The position numbers and the translations under genes were made by a program. The notes under the pieces were generated by a model. That model had not been told where the DNA came from. It was given only the letters and a program-made list of their open reading frames with translations, and did not search any database. This document shows, in pieces, positions 24,666 through 37,300 of a stretch of 53,143 nucleotides of DNA. The DNA comes from Octopus bimaculoides (Eukaryota), in contig NC_068990.1 in NCBI RefSeq assembly GCF_001194135.2, forward strand, positions 69,225,378-69,278,520. The letters are read 5' to 3'. Numbering within the stretch: the first letter of the stretch is position 1; each line of letters opens with the position of its first letter.

Positions 24666-25115
24666 AAACAGGCTTTTTCCATGTCAACAAAAGCCAGGTA
24701 CAGATGATTATCTTTGGCTAGGTATTTCTCCTGCAGCTGTCTTACCAGAAATATAGCATCAGTGGTGCTTTTCCCTGGCACAAACCCAAACTGCATCTCA
24801 TCTAGACTGACTCTCCCCTTAATTAGTTGGGCTATGACCTTCTCTGTTACTTTCATTACTTGATCCAACAACTTGATACCTCTGTAATTATTTGCATCTA
24901 ATGTGTCACCTTTACATTTGTAGCAGTTGACTATGGTGCTGCTACACCAGTCATTGGGTATGACTCCTTCACGTATCACCTGGTTGACTATACGGGTGAC
25001 TAAACTATAGCCAACACCACCAGATATTTTAAGCATCTCTGCAGTGATTCCTGATGGGCCGGGGGCTTTCCCTGTCTTCATACCCTTAATTGCTCTATCT
25101 ACCAAGGTACCAACG
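24666..25115 (-). mobile_element. RTE LINE RT N-terminal fragment
   Basis: GKAPGPSGITAEMLK...NYRGIKLL...QFGFVPGKSTTDAIF...LAFVDMEKA; abuts an opposite-strand RTE 3'-UTR piece (~24545-24665). Confidence 0.93.
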
Positions 25116-25370
25116 CCACCTAGCCAAGCAGCCACTCTGTGTTGATGAAGAGCAATAACCCTGAAACTAGTCCACAGATGTTGTTTTGTACTGAGCAGGG
25201 ATGCTGAATTCCTGGTTCGTAAACATAAGGACAGAGATAATGTGTCATATAACCAGCTAGAAATGATGTTTCTTGAGATTAATAAACAGTAATAATGTCT
25301 CTTCCAGGACAGCCATATTATCTACATAAATATTTTATTAATATTTATTCCTTTATGATATATATATATA

Positions 25371-25784
25371 CCATAAATCTTCGAGTATAATCCGCACTTT
25401 TTTCCCAAAATTTAAAGGTCAAAATTTCTAGTGCGTACTATAGACGAGGTTAAAAATGAAAAATATTTCTAAGCAAAATATTATAAGTGATAAATATATA
25501 AAGGCAATTTACTTAATATCTATTTTTCACTGACGTTATTACTGTTATTTCTTTATTTTCTGCAAACAAAGTGCACAAAAAAGCTACACGTTTGCATTAC
25601 GTTATATATACAATAATAATAAAGGACGTTACCATATATACGTTTACAAACCAAGGACATTATATAGACCTCCTTGACTCAAGCTAGAGAAGGGGTGCGT
25701 ATTATACACAAGGTTTAGGTTTTTCAGAGGTACAGCCCCCTAAAAATCCCCTGCATATTATACTCAAGGCCCGGACTATACTCG
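25371..25784. mobile_element. Tc1/mariner-pogo-type MITE (right end runs into N-gap)
   Basis: TA|CCATAAATCTTCGAGTATAATCCGC left end; inverted ...ggactatactcg before the gap; internal gcgtattatac subrepeats. Confidence 0.7.
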
Positions 25785-26002
25785 NNNNNNNNNNNNNNNN
25801 NNNNNNNNNNNNNNNNNNNNNNNNNNNNNNNNNNNNNNNNNNNNNNNNNNNNNNNNNNNNNNNNNNNNNNNNNNNNNNNNNNNATATATATATATAATTT
25901 TCCAGAGGATGTAGCAACCGTTACCAATATAGCATAAGAACTTACCTTAGGGGATCATTAACTAGATTCCTTAAGGGTCGTTCTCACATATATATATATA
26001 TT

Positions 26003-26073
<71 letters not shown>

Positions 26074-26449
26074 ATATACATGCATATGTATACACACACA
26101 CATACACATACACACCATACACATGCATATATATTTTACATGTGTGTGTGTGTGTGCATGTGAGTGTGAGTGTATGTATGTGCATGCATGTGTGTGTGTT
26201 TGTGTGTGTGTGCACATGTATGTGTTGTTAGAAGGAAAGAGAGACATTTCAGTATAGGACAGGTAACATTACTAAACTACAACTATTTTATATACTGGTG
26301 ATTAGATAACAGAAAGTTAAGCCTCCACTGATGGTAGGTCTTGATAAAGGAACAACTGAATTGCTTTCATATGAATCTGTCAATTTGTGTGTGTGTGTAT
26401 ATGTATGTGTGTGTATATGTATGTGTGTGTGTGTGTGTGNNNNNNNNNN

Positions 26450-26490
<41 letters not shown>

Positions 26491-27659
26491 CATATATAAT
26501 TATATATGTATATAATGTGTCTGAGTTGTGCGTATGTGTAGGCAGGAAGTTTCAAGTATTACAGGTTCAGAGGGCAAAGAGAAAGAGAGAGAGAGAGAAA
26601 GACTGACAGACAACAGTGGGGAGGAAGTGAAAGACAGTCAGACAAACAAACAGCTAGACAGACAGACAGGACAGAGAACTTGCCAATGCACTCAGCTCTC
26701 AACTAAAGATTATGACCTACATCAAAACAGATATAAACAAACAAATATAGAAACTAGCTTTAAATGGAAGTTGTGTAGAACCTAGACATGTTTTATATTC
26801 AATGTTGAACACTCCTGTAATGCCTCAGTGTTTAAAGTTTTATAACTCTCTCACTCTCTCTCTCTCAACACTGGAGTTGAAGTAAGGTGTGATATTTATA
26901 GGTATTTTATATTTTAATACATTCACTGACTCAAATGAAGCATTTTCCATTGGGGGAAATTGAAACCAGATCTTATTCTTGACTGTAATCTACTAACAAC
27001 TAGCTGTTCTACTCAAGTATCAGATCCTCCTCTGTATCCGCTAAACTTGAAATATCTTTCTTTAGGAACTGGAACTACAGAAACATCTTGTAAAGGTGTT
27101 AGTAACATGTTCATCTCTCATTCAACAGCTACAAGAGCAAACACAAAAAACCCTTTGTATTTCTTCATTAAAAACTATCGCTTGGCTATAATCTTTGCAC
27201 TTTCTCCAAATACCAAAACTCACAATCCGTGATTATTTTTCATGATACAAACCAATGAATGAAGCTTCTAATGGCTACTTGTCAGCTAGAAATATCAGTG
27301 AAATCTCCCTCCACTCTCATGCTGCCATCATAAACAAAGAAAAGATAAAGGATACCTAAAATAATATAGACCAACACCACTCCTAGTTATAAAGTATATA
27401 CAGAATGGTCACCCTTGAATACATTTGATGTTTAGTCAGGGAAGATCAGCCTTGTGCTTTTTCTTTTTTTCTTCTTTTTCTTTTGTTAGTTTGGTCAGGT
27501 GCAAGAGGCAGTGCCTGTAGCATTTGTAGACCATTCAGGTCAACATAATTAACATTCTCCTTGAATATTTGCAAGTCAATGGCTGCAGTAAAGCATGTAT
27601 GTAGAGAACATTTAAATGGGTGAACATTTAAGCAACGGTAACTGAGTGTAGGTGTTAGA

Positions 27660-28720
27660 GTAGGGCCTGGGTGAGGAGAGGAAGAGAGATAATGTGTCAG
27701 GAGTACCTGATGGAAGATGACACAAAAGCCAGCTTCAAAAATGTCTGTGTGAATACAATAGCAGCACCAACCAACTCAGATTTGGGGGAAATAATCCATT
27801 GTCGGTCTTCCATCATCCATCTTTACTGTTCACTATTACTCGGAGGGTCATGGAATCCTCAGGCTGCTCCTCTATAGGGTCCTACCAGAAGCAATTGTCA
27901 TGACATCTTCAAATTGGAGTCCCAAGTATGACTGACTGAGACTATGGACATTATACAACCACATCATCCTTGGTATACCTGAGGCCCCCTGGCAGCAGAT
28001 TATTATAGGTTTATTTAATCATTTATCTTTTGTTGTTTTTCTTTCTTGGAACTAAAGAATTTTCTGATTGAAAGAGGAAAGCCTGTCTTAATGGTACAGT
28101 CCTTGCTTTATTAACGATGTGCCAACACCAGGAGTGATTCTCAGTTATGGTGAGGTTTGGCCCTTAATGGTTCTAGCAGCATGTTGCTCAGTATTGATTG
28201 AGAGTGGGGGAATGAGCTGTGGTAATGTTTTCTTGATATGCGTTGTGATTGTGTCCTTGTGTAGTTGAAGGTTTCAAGATTAAAATAACTTTCTTGGATG
28301 GAACCCTCTAAGTCCTTGTCCATGAAATATGTATAGATTTAGATTGATGAATTTAGGTTATATACGGATGACACTTAATTGTGGAAGGAATGGAGGTGGT
28401 ATTATCTGCAAAGGAATGTAGGTAATTTTTGGAGATTGTAACAAATAATTCATTGATGTATAAAAGTAATATTGTAGTAACAAAGTCAAAGCTTAGGACA
28501 CACCAGAGTTAGTAGAATATGGGTCAGAGAGTTCCATTAGCAATACCATATTGATGCAATCTGGCAGAAGACCACTGATCAAATGATGGATGAAAGCGCA
28601 CAGGTAGGCAGGTTCATCAAGAGATCTGTGTAACAGATGCTAATGAAAGATTAGCTAATATCAAGAGCAACAACACTGCTTTTACTAAAGTTCTTAAATG
28701 TATGAATGGCAAGTCTTCAT
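27660..28720 (-). mobile_element. Old CR1/L2-Jockey-group LINE RT remnant
   Basis: Minus-strand frames give SSVVALDIS and LLLYINELFVTISKNYLHSFADNTT (RT core), many stops. Confidence 0.7.
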
Positions 28721-29399
28721 AACATTCAAATTTCTATAAAATATCCATGATCACATACCAAAGGTTTGATTTCAAGTCAACAAGTTTAGAATACTTCATA
28801 TCTAAACAGTAACCCAGCACTTTACTAGTGCTTACATATCTTGGAAGGTATAACACACACACACACGCACGCATGCACACACACACTTACACACACACAT
28901 GCATACACCACACCACACTCACATGCACATGCACACACAACAAGCCTCCATACATTTTTCATCTCCCAGTTCTGCTAACAAGTTTATTGGCCAATACAAA
29001 GTCTAAGTAAGATGACTCCTATGAAATTTCAAACTCTCAGATCATCATTTGTGTACCTGTTCAAGTGCAAAGGAATGTTATTGTATTTCTTAAATGGTGC
29101 TACATGATATCTTGATAGGTATTATAAATATCACTATGATTACTAACCTCTTACTTAGTGAAATATAATTTATAGTATAACAGGTTTAACCCTTAAATGG
29201 TGGGCATCATCAATTAGTGTTTCATTAGGTAACAGCTGACATCAGTTGATGTGTAATGCGACTAATTTCATAATTGCATGCTTTAGACTTAAATAATCTA
29301 AAAAAAGGCTCTACCTGTAAGTCTATAAAGATTGGTCATGTGACTGGTCATGTGACATTGAAATATTTGGTCAAGTCAAGCATTTCGATTGGTCTAGTT

Positions 29400-30660
29400 T
29401 TACATGGGATATGAAGTTGCAGTGATTTCTGATGGGCTGGGGGCTTTCCCTGTCTTCATACTCTTGATCGCTTTATCTACCAAGGTACTGTCAATTAGGA
29501 TAGCTGGTCCCTCTGTTGGGTTGACATTCGGCAGACTCTCTTTCTCCCATTCATTCTCTTTATTAAGCAACCTTTCATAGTGGCATCTCCAAACCTCTCT
29601 CTTTGCAGCCTCGTTTAGTGCAAGCGTACCATCATCCATGCGGACACATTTCTCTCCTATGACATCATGATTCTCTTGCACACACTGTCTTGCAATATGA
29701 AATACTTCAAGTCTTTGGTCCGCACAGCGCAGAACATTGGCAAATTTTTTCTTATCTGCTTCCCCTCTGGCTAAATAAACCTGTCTCCTAGCTTCCCTTC
29801 TGGCAGTCTGATACAATTCCCTGGTACCTCCATCCTTCCAGCCCTTCCAAGCCTGTTTCTTTTGTCTAATAGCCCTGTCAACCACATTGCTCGACCACCA
29901 CGTTACTTTGGGTCAAGAGGGGACTTTGCACCATCCACAGATCTGGTCAGAAACTCTCAGCGGGTTGTCCCATAGAAACCTCCAATTGTCTTCCACATTA
30001 TGTGATGCTATATCCCCTTCTATTTTATCGAAGGCTTCGAGTAACACATCTCTAAATCTCTGTCCATTTGCAGGATATTTAAGCTTCCAGACCCTTCTCC
30101 TCCAAGCTGGTCTACTTCTGGGCATCCATTTAGCCCTGATCCCGAAGTTGCTAACTACTAATCTGTGTTGAGGGGTACATTCTTCGCCTGGGAAGGTTTT
30201 GGCATTTATAAGCAGTCCTCTCTCCCTTTTTCTAGTGAGGATGTAGTCGATTTGGCTAGTGTGTCTTCTGGAACGGTAGGTGACTAGGTGACAGGCAGGT
30301 TTCCTGAAGTTGGTATTGCAAACCATAAGATCATTTGCATCACAGAACTCCAGCAGTCTGGTTCCCTCCTCATTGCAGGAACCAAAGCCATAGCTTCCAT
30401 GTACGCCGTGGAAGTGCCCTGCATGTTGTCCAGCATGTCTGTTGAAATCACCATCCACAAAGAGAAGGTCCCTGTCATTCATCAATGAGGTAGTCTGCAA
30501 AAGGGTGTCATAAAATTGGTCTTTCTGCCCATCTGGTAGCCCCAGTTGAAGGGCATAGGCCGAGATAACAGTAACTAACCTATGGTGAAGCACTAATCTA
30601 ATCTTAAGTACTCTGTCACATACTCTGACTACCTCGATTACCTTATCAACCCATTTCTCT
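29400..30660 (-). mobile_element. RTE LINE fragment: APE endonuclease plus linker to RT start
   Basis: VISAYA..., GDFNRHAG, NTNFRKP, SQIDYIL, PQHRLVV; KTGKAPSPSEITA. Confidence 0.93.
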
Positions 30661-30668
30661 ATGTATGT

Positions 30669-30715
<47 letters not shown>

Positions 30716-31434
30716 NNNNNNNNNNNNNNNNNNNNNNNNNNNNNNNNNNNNNNNNNNNNNNNNNNNNNNNNNNNNNNNNNNNNNNNNNNNNNNNNNNNNN
30801 NNNNNNNNNNNNNNNNNNNNNNNNNNNNNNNNNNNNNNNNNNNNNNNNNNNNNNNNNNNNNNNNNNNNNNNNNNNNNNNNNNNNNNNNNNNNNNNNNNNN
30901 NNNNNNNNNNNNNNNNNNNNNNNNNNNNNNNNNNNNNNNNNNNNNNNNNNNNNNNNNNNNNNNNNNNNNNNNNNNNNNNNNNNNNNNNNNNNNNNNNNNN
31001 NNNNNNNNNNNNNNNNNNNNNNNNNNNNNNNNNNNNNNNNNNNNNNNNNNNNNNNNNNNNNNNNNNNNNNNNNNNNNNNNNNNNNNNNNNNNNNNNNNNN
31101 NNNNNNNNNNNNNNNNNNNNNNNNNNNNNNNNNNNNNNNNNNNNNNNNNNNNNNNNNNNNNNNNNNNNNNNNNNNNNNNNNNNNNNNNNNNNNNNNNNNN
31201 NNNNNNNNNNNNNNNNNNNNNNNNNNNNNNNNNNNNNNNNNNNNNNNNNNNNNNNNNNNNNNNNNNNNNNNNNNNNNNNNNNNNNNNNNNNNNNNNNNNN
31301 NNNNNNNNNNNNNNNNNNNNNNNNNNNNNNNNNNNNNNNNNNNNNNNNNNNNGATGTTGCTGTGTTTATGTTCCAGTAACTTAGTGGTTCAGCAAAAGAC
31401 ACTGATAGAATAAGTACTAGTTGGTTGATCTGTT

Positions 31435-31602
31435 GGTTGCTTGCTTACTTGTTTGCTTGTTTGTTTGCTTGCTTGCCTGCTTGCTTGCTTGCCTGCTTGC
31501 TTGCTTACTTGCTTGCCTGCTTGCTTGCTTGCTTGCTTGCTTGCCTGCCTGCTTGCTTGTTTGCATGCTTACTTGTTTGCTTGTTTGCTTGCTTGCTTGC
31601 TT
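31435..31602. repeat. (TTGC)n/(CTGC)n compound microsatellite
   Basis: Directly visible; source of the LACL ORFs. Confidence 0.97.
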
Positions 31603-31749
31603 TCCCTAGACAGAAAGAATATAGAATAAAAGAAAGAAAAGACAGATACAGAAAGAGTTAACAGAATAGGTGCAGGATGAGTGTTGTAACTTTTATCAAA
31701 AATACATTTTCTAATAAAATTTTGCGGAGATTATTTTCAAATGAACTAG

Positions 31750-32850
31750 AGAAGAAGTTTCAGGTGTAGAATCAAGGTCTAGAATTGAAGGGCCTTAGAG
31801 TTAACCTAGCAAAAAAACCAAAGTTTTAGTAAGTTGGAAAGCAGATAAATCACAAACCTCCCCAGGTTGATAGCCTTGCTTGATCTGTAGGAAAGGTATA
31901 GGTAAAAATTCCATAAGAAGTACCAGTGTAAGCTATGGACACATAAGAGGTGTAGCAATATAATAATAAGGGTAGTAGCAAAACTAGTTTTTGTGAGTGG
32001 AAGGCACACAAGTACGATTAACACTAAAAATGTACAGAAAATAGACTCCATCAAATGCCAGTGGGAAAAACTAGAAGTAGTTGATAGCTTCCATTACCTA
32101 GGTGACTAAGTCAGTAGTGGGGGTGGATGTTCCAAGTGCTAGAATAAGAATAGGCTGGGCAAAGTTCAGAGGGCTCCCACTTACGTTGATAAAGAAGGGC
32201 CTTTCCCTCAGAGTGAAAGCCAGATTGTATGACGCCTGTGTGTGAACAGCCATGCTACATGGCAGAGAAACATGGGCTGTGACTGCTGAGGACATGTCTA
32301 GGCAGGAAAGAAATAAAGCTTGTATGCTTCGCTGGATGTGCAATGTCAGTGTGCCTGTATGATAAAGTGTAATGAGAGAAAAGTTTGGCATAAGAGGCAT
32401 AAGATGTGTTGTGAAAGAGAGACGACTGCGTTGGTATGGTCATGTGATGCAAATGGATGTGGATAGCTGGGTGAAGAAGTGCTGATCACTACCAGTGGAA
32501 AGAAGCTGTTGATGTGGGAGACCCAGGAAGACATGAGATGAGGTGATGAAGCATGATCTTTGAATGCTTGGCTTCATGGAGGAAATGACTAGTAACCAAA
32601 ATATTTAGTGATATGCTGTGCTTGTGAAGACGCATCAAGCCAAGTGAAATCATAGTTGTAGCAGATACTGGTGTCATGCAACTGGCACTCATGCTGATGG
32701 CACATAAAAGCACACATTACACTCTCGGAGTGGTTGGCGTTAGGAAAGACGTCCAGCCATAGAAACCATACCCCTCAGCTTACCAACCTTGGTCAAACCA
32801 TCCAACCCATGATAGTATGGACAACAGACGTTAAATGGTGGTGGCGCTGG
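31750..32850 (+). mobile_element. RTE LINE 3' fragment, degenerate
   Basis: Collinear with 46110-46960 including the PHD-like segment and the tail agtggttggcgttaggaa...acgttaaa. Confidence 0.9.
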
Positions 32851-33564
32851 TGGGGGGGGGGTTCGCGAAGAAGATGTTTGCCTTTATCTTTTATCTGTTA
32901 TCTTTTACTTGTTTCAGTCATTAGACTGCAGCCATGCCTTCATGAGTTTAGTCAAACAGATTGAGCGTAGTGTTTATTTTTCAAGTTTGGTATCTAATCT
33001 ATCAGTCACTTTCACTGAACTCCTAAATTATGTGACATAGTCAGAGCATCACCAGTTGTTAAGCACTGTTGGGGNNNNNNNNNNNNNNNNNNNNNNNNNN
33101 NNNNNNNNNNNNNNNNNNNNNNNNNNNNNNNNNNNNNNNNNNNNNNNNNNNNNNNNNNNNNNNNNNNNNNNNNNNNNNNNNNNNNNNNNNNNNNNNATAT
33201 ATATATATATATATATAATATACTCGTTCTTAGCAGGCGACGCAACCATTTCCAATGCAGAATAGTTTGTGCCATTTTCAAGACTTGGATCCAAACTGAC
33301 ACAAGTTTAATTTAAGGGTACCAGTTTTCTCAGATGATGAGGATGATGATGATGATTCTGAGTATCAAAGACATGCTTCCAAAGCCATCTCCTGTCATTC
33401 AGTTTCCAAAAGAGAGAGCATCTCAACCCCCACTTGTCTTCTCCAGACCCAAGTAGATATCCACAATACGCCAAAAGAAAGAAGTGCAAATGTAGCTCCT
33501 CCCAACTTGTCCGTAAAATCTGAACAGTTGTTGTATGTTCAAGTTTACATAAAAGACCTTTGAA

Positions 33565-34240
33565 CATTAGGCCTCACCAAGGCAATGATTAGTGACCGAG
33601 ACATTTGGAAATATGCAGTGCGTGAGAAGACCCGGCAAGTCAAGTGAGACCATAACCCGTGGCCTATGCCAGGGGTGTAACCAGCCCACTTATACGTACC
33701 TTTCCTTCATTGGACACAAAACTCTGCTTATGAAGACCTGTTGAGGCAAGTGAAATTGAAATCAAATCAAATTCGCAAATTCAATGACAGGCACCTGTAC
33801 CAGTGGAGCGCTAAGAGCATGATCGCTGCCAGAGCAGGTGACTGGCTTCCATGCTGGTGGCATGTAAAAAGCACCATTCGAGTGTGATAGTTACCAGCAT
33901 CGCCTTACTGGTACATGTGCCGGTGGCACGTGAAAAAATATTCGAGCGAGGCCGTCGCCAGTGCCGCTGGACTGGCTCTTGTGCAGGTGGCACGTAAAAA
34001 ACACCACTTGAGCGTGGCCATTGCCAGTACCACCTGACTGGCCCTCGTGCCAGTGGCACGTAAAAGCACCCACTACTCTCTCAGAGTGGTTGGCATTAGG
34101 AAGGGCATCCAGCAGTAGAAACTCTGCCAGATCAGATTGGAGCCTGGTGCAGCCATCTGGTTCACCAGTCCTCAGTCAAATCGTCCAACCCATGCTAGCA
34201 TGGAAAACGTACGTTAAACGGTGATGATGATGATGATGAT
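33565..34240 (+). mobile_element. RTE 3' end and 3'-UTR with internal repeats and (GAT)n tail
   Basis: gaccgagacatttggaaatatgc matches ~46935; repeated ggcacgtaaaa(a)gcacc; tail catgctagcatggaaaacg..gatgatgat. Confidence 0.85.
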
Positions 34241-34248
34241 ATATATAG

Positions 34249-34288
<40 letters not shown>

Positions 34289-35210
34289 TTGTTATTAGGC
34301 AAAACTGTCTTAAGTTCAAAACGTTGCTTTTTCAGAAAATGAAAAAGTAGTTTCACCATTCCATAGCAAAACCGTTGTACTTCATTTTGACAATTTTTCA
34401 TATCTTGGCATCTGAAGCAGCTTGAGATACGATAGTTTGACCAAAAGAACTGGCTACTGCAAACAAAAATAAATATTGAAAAAAAAAACACACTTGGCAA
34501 AATTTGGACATACAACAGTTTAACATAATAGCAATGATACATATGACAGTCTTCCGCATTCTACTATATTCACTCACAAGGCATTGGTCATCCTAGAACT
34601 AGAGTGGAAGATATTTGCCCAAAGTACTATGCAGTGGGACTGAACCTGAAACCACAAGGCTGCAAAGTGACCTCTTTAACCTCAGAGCCAAGCTTAAAAT
34701 TTAGTAAAATAATGACATATTCTTATGGCAAGTATCCAAATGAAAAATTTGTTTAATTTTATTTCCTTTTAAGGTGATAAATGTTTTGCTTATAAAAATT
34801 AGTATTCACTATTTCATCATTTTTTTTTATAACCACCAAAACATTTGATTAAAGATAAATTATATTTATTGTATGTATGTCATATTTCCTGATATTACTC
34901 TTAGTAGTAAATATATACTTCCAAAGTTTTATATCATATGACTGGTAACACTAGTTTAAATACGTTTTTACACTGTCATGTTCTTAAAAAATGAATAATG
35001 GTGTTTATTTTTGTTAAATTGTGTTGCTGCTTTCTTTTCTTTTCTTTTCTTTTTTTCCTTGCTTGGCATTACACAAATTCTAATTCTTATTCACGCAAAA
35101 CACATGTGAAAAAAGACATACCCCAAAGAAATTACGAACTCAATATGCACAACTGAAACAGCATTAAATTAAAATAACCATTTATGTATCATACAAAATA
35201 TGTATACACC

Positions 35211-35690
35211 GTGGAGGCGCAATGGCCCAGTAGTTAGGGCAATCCAACGAGCCTACACAAAGAAGATAGCCTCCATGCAGCATATAAGCTATTGGGAAAG
35301 ACTCAAGAGATTAAGACTCTATTCCTTAGAGCGTAGACGAGAAAGATATGCCATAATATAAATCTGGAAGATCCTCGAAGGAATTGTCCCAAACTTTGGC
35401 ATCAAAAGTAACACAAATAAAAGAACTGGACACTATTGCATAGTGTCAAGGACTCCAAATTTGCCATCAAGATGTAGGACAAGATACTGCAATAGCCTGG
35501 CCTTCAGAGGTCCATAGCTCTTCAATATCAGGAAGTGCAGATGAGAGCAGCTGCATCAAACTCTCTCATGCACCAAATGTCAATTCCTGAAGTAAAATTC
35601 GTGAAGTAAAATTGTGTAGCAACACCAAATGGCGGTGCCCCAGCATGGCCTAAGCTCATGGGCTGAAACTAGATAAAATGAAAAATGAAA
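35211..35690 (+). mobile_element. Chimaera: 30-bp tRNA-like SINE head, CR1/I-Jockey-group LINE ORF2 C-terminus and 3' tail
   Basis: gtggaggcgcaatggcccagtagttagggc joined to IQRAYTKKIASMQHISYWERLKRLRLYSLERRRERYAII*IWKILEG...; tail ggcggtgccccagcatggcc..ggctgaaac. Confidence 0.8.
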
Positions 35691-35696
35691 ATGAAA

Positions 35697-35768
<72 letters not shown>

Positions 35769-36944
35769 TAGATNNNNNNNNNNNNNNNNNNNNNNNNNNN
35801 NNNNNNNNNNNNNNNNNNNNNNNNNNNNNNNNNNNNNNNNNNNNNNNNNNNNNNNNNNNNNNNNNNNNNNNNNNNNNNNNNNNNNNNNNNNNNNNNNNNN
35901 NNNNNNNNNNNNNNNNNNNNNNNNNNNNNNNNNNNNNNNNNNNNNNNNNNNNNNNNNNNNNNNNNNNNNNNNNNNNNNNNNNNNNNNNNNNNNNNNNNNN
36001 NNNNNNNNNNNNNNNNNNNNNNNNNNNNNNNNNNNNNNNNNNNNNNNNNNNNNNNNNNNNNNNNNNNNNNNNNNNNNNNNNNNNNNNNNNNNNNNNNNNN
36101 NNNNNNNNNNNNNNNNNNNNNNNNNNNNNNNNNNNNNNNNNNNNNNNNNNNNNNNNNNNNNNNNNNNNNNNNNNNNNNNNNNNNNNNNNNNNNNNNNNNN
36201 NNNNNNNNNNNNNNNNNNNNNNNNNNNNNNNNNNNNNNNNNNNNNNNNNNNNNNNNNNNNNNNNNNNNNNNNNNNNNNNNNNNNNNNNNNNNNNNNNNNN
36301 NNNNNNNNNNNNNNNNNNNNNNNNNNNNNNNNNNNNNNNNNNNNNNNNNNNNNNNNNNNNNNNNNNNNNNNNNNNNNNNNNNNNNNNNNNNNNNNNNNNN
36401 NNNNNNNNNNNNNNNNNNNNNNNNNNNNNNNNNNNNNNNNNNNNNNNNNNNNNNNNNNNNNNNNNNNNNNNNNNNNNCTCCCTCCCTCTCAGCCTTGCTC
36501 TCACCCTCCATCTCCATCTCCAACTCATCTTCCTACAGTCCCTTCCCCTCTCTCTACCTCCTTCTCCCTCCTTCTGCTTGTGGTGTTGGTGGTGCTTCTG
36601 CTGCTGCTGCTGCTGGTAGTGATGCTACTGCTGCTGCTACTGTTGCCACTACTACTACTGTTGCTGCTGCTGGTGGTGTTGGTGATGATGATGATGATGC
36701 TGTTGAGGATGATGACCAATATGATATAGTCACAAAGTTCTCATCACCATACGCGTAAATTAGAGCTAAAATATTGTAAACTAATTTGCATAGAAGGGGA
36801 CACATGCAAATTACAGAAATGAATATCAGTTTACTCCTGACATGTCACTATATTCTGGCTATTATACAACATGTAGCTCATCAGGACTTGATCAGATTAT
36901 GTGCATGTGACACTCTTTCACTCCTTTAATCCTCCAGTCATCAT

Positions 36945-37300
36945 CATTATCATCATCATCGTTTAACGTCCGCTTTCCATGCTAGCATGGGTTGGACGAT
37001 TTGACTGAGGACTGGTGAAACCAGATGGCAACACCAGGCTCCAATCTGATTTGGCAGAGTTTCTACAGCTGGATGCCCTTCCTAATGCCAACCACTCCGA
37101 GAGTGTAGTGGGTGCTTTTACGTGTCACCCGCACGAGGGCCAGTCAGGCGGTACTGGCAACGGCCACGCTCAAAATGCTGTATTTTATGTGCCACCCGTG
37201 CAAGAGCCAGTCCAGGGGCACTGGCAACGATCTTGCTTGAAAATCCTTACACATGTCACGGGCACAAGTGCCAGAAAGGTGACGCTGGGCACAGGTGCCA
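36945..37300 (-). mobile_element. RTE 3'-UTR/tail copy
   Basis: Reverse complement of 33900-34235. Confidence 0.85.
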
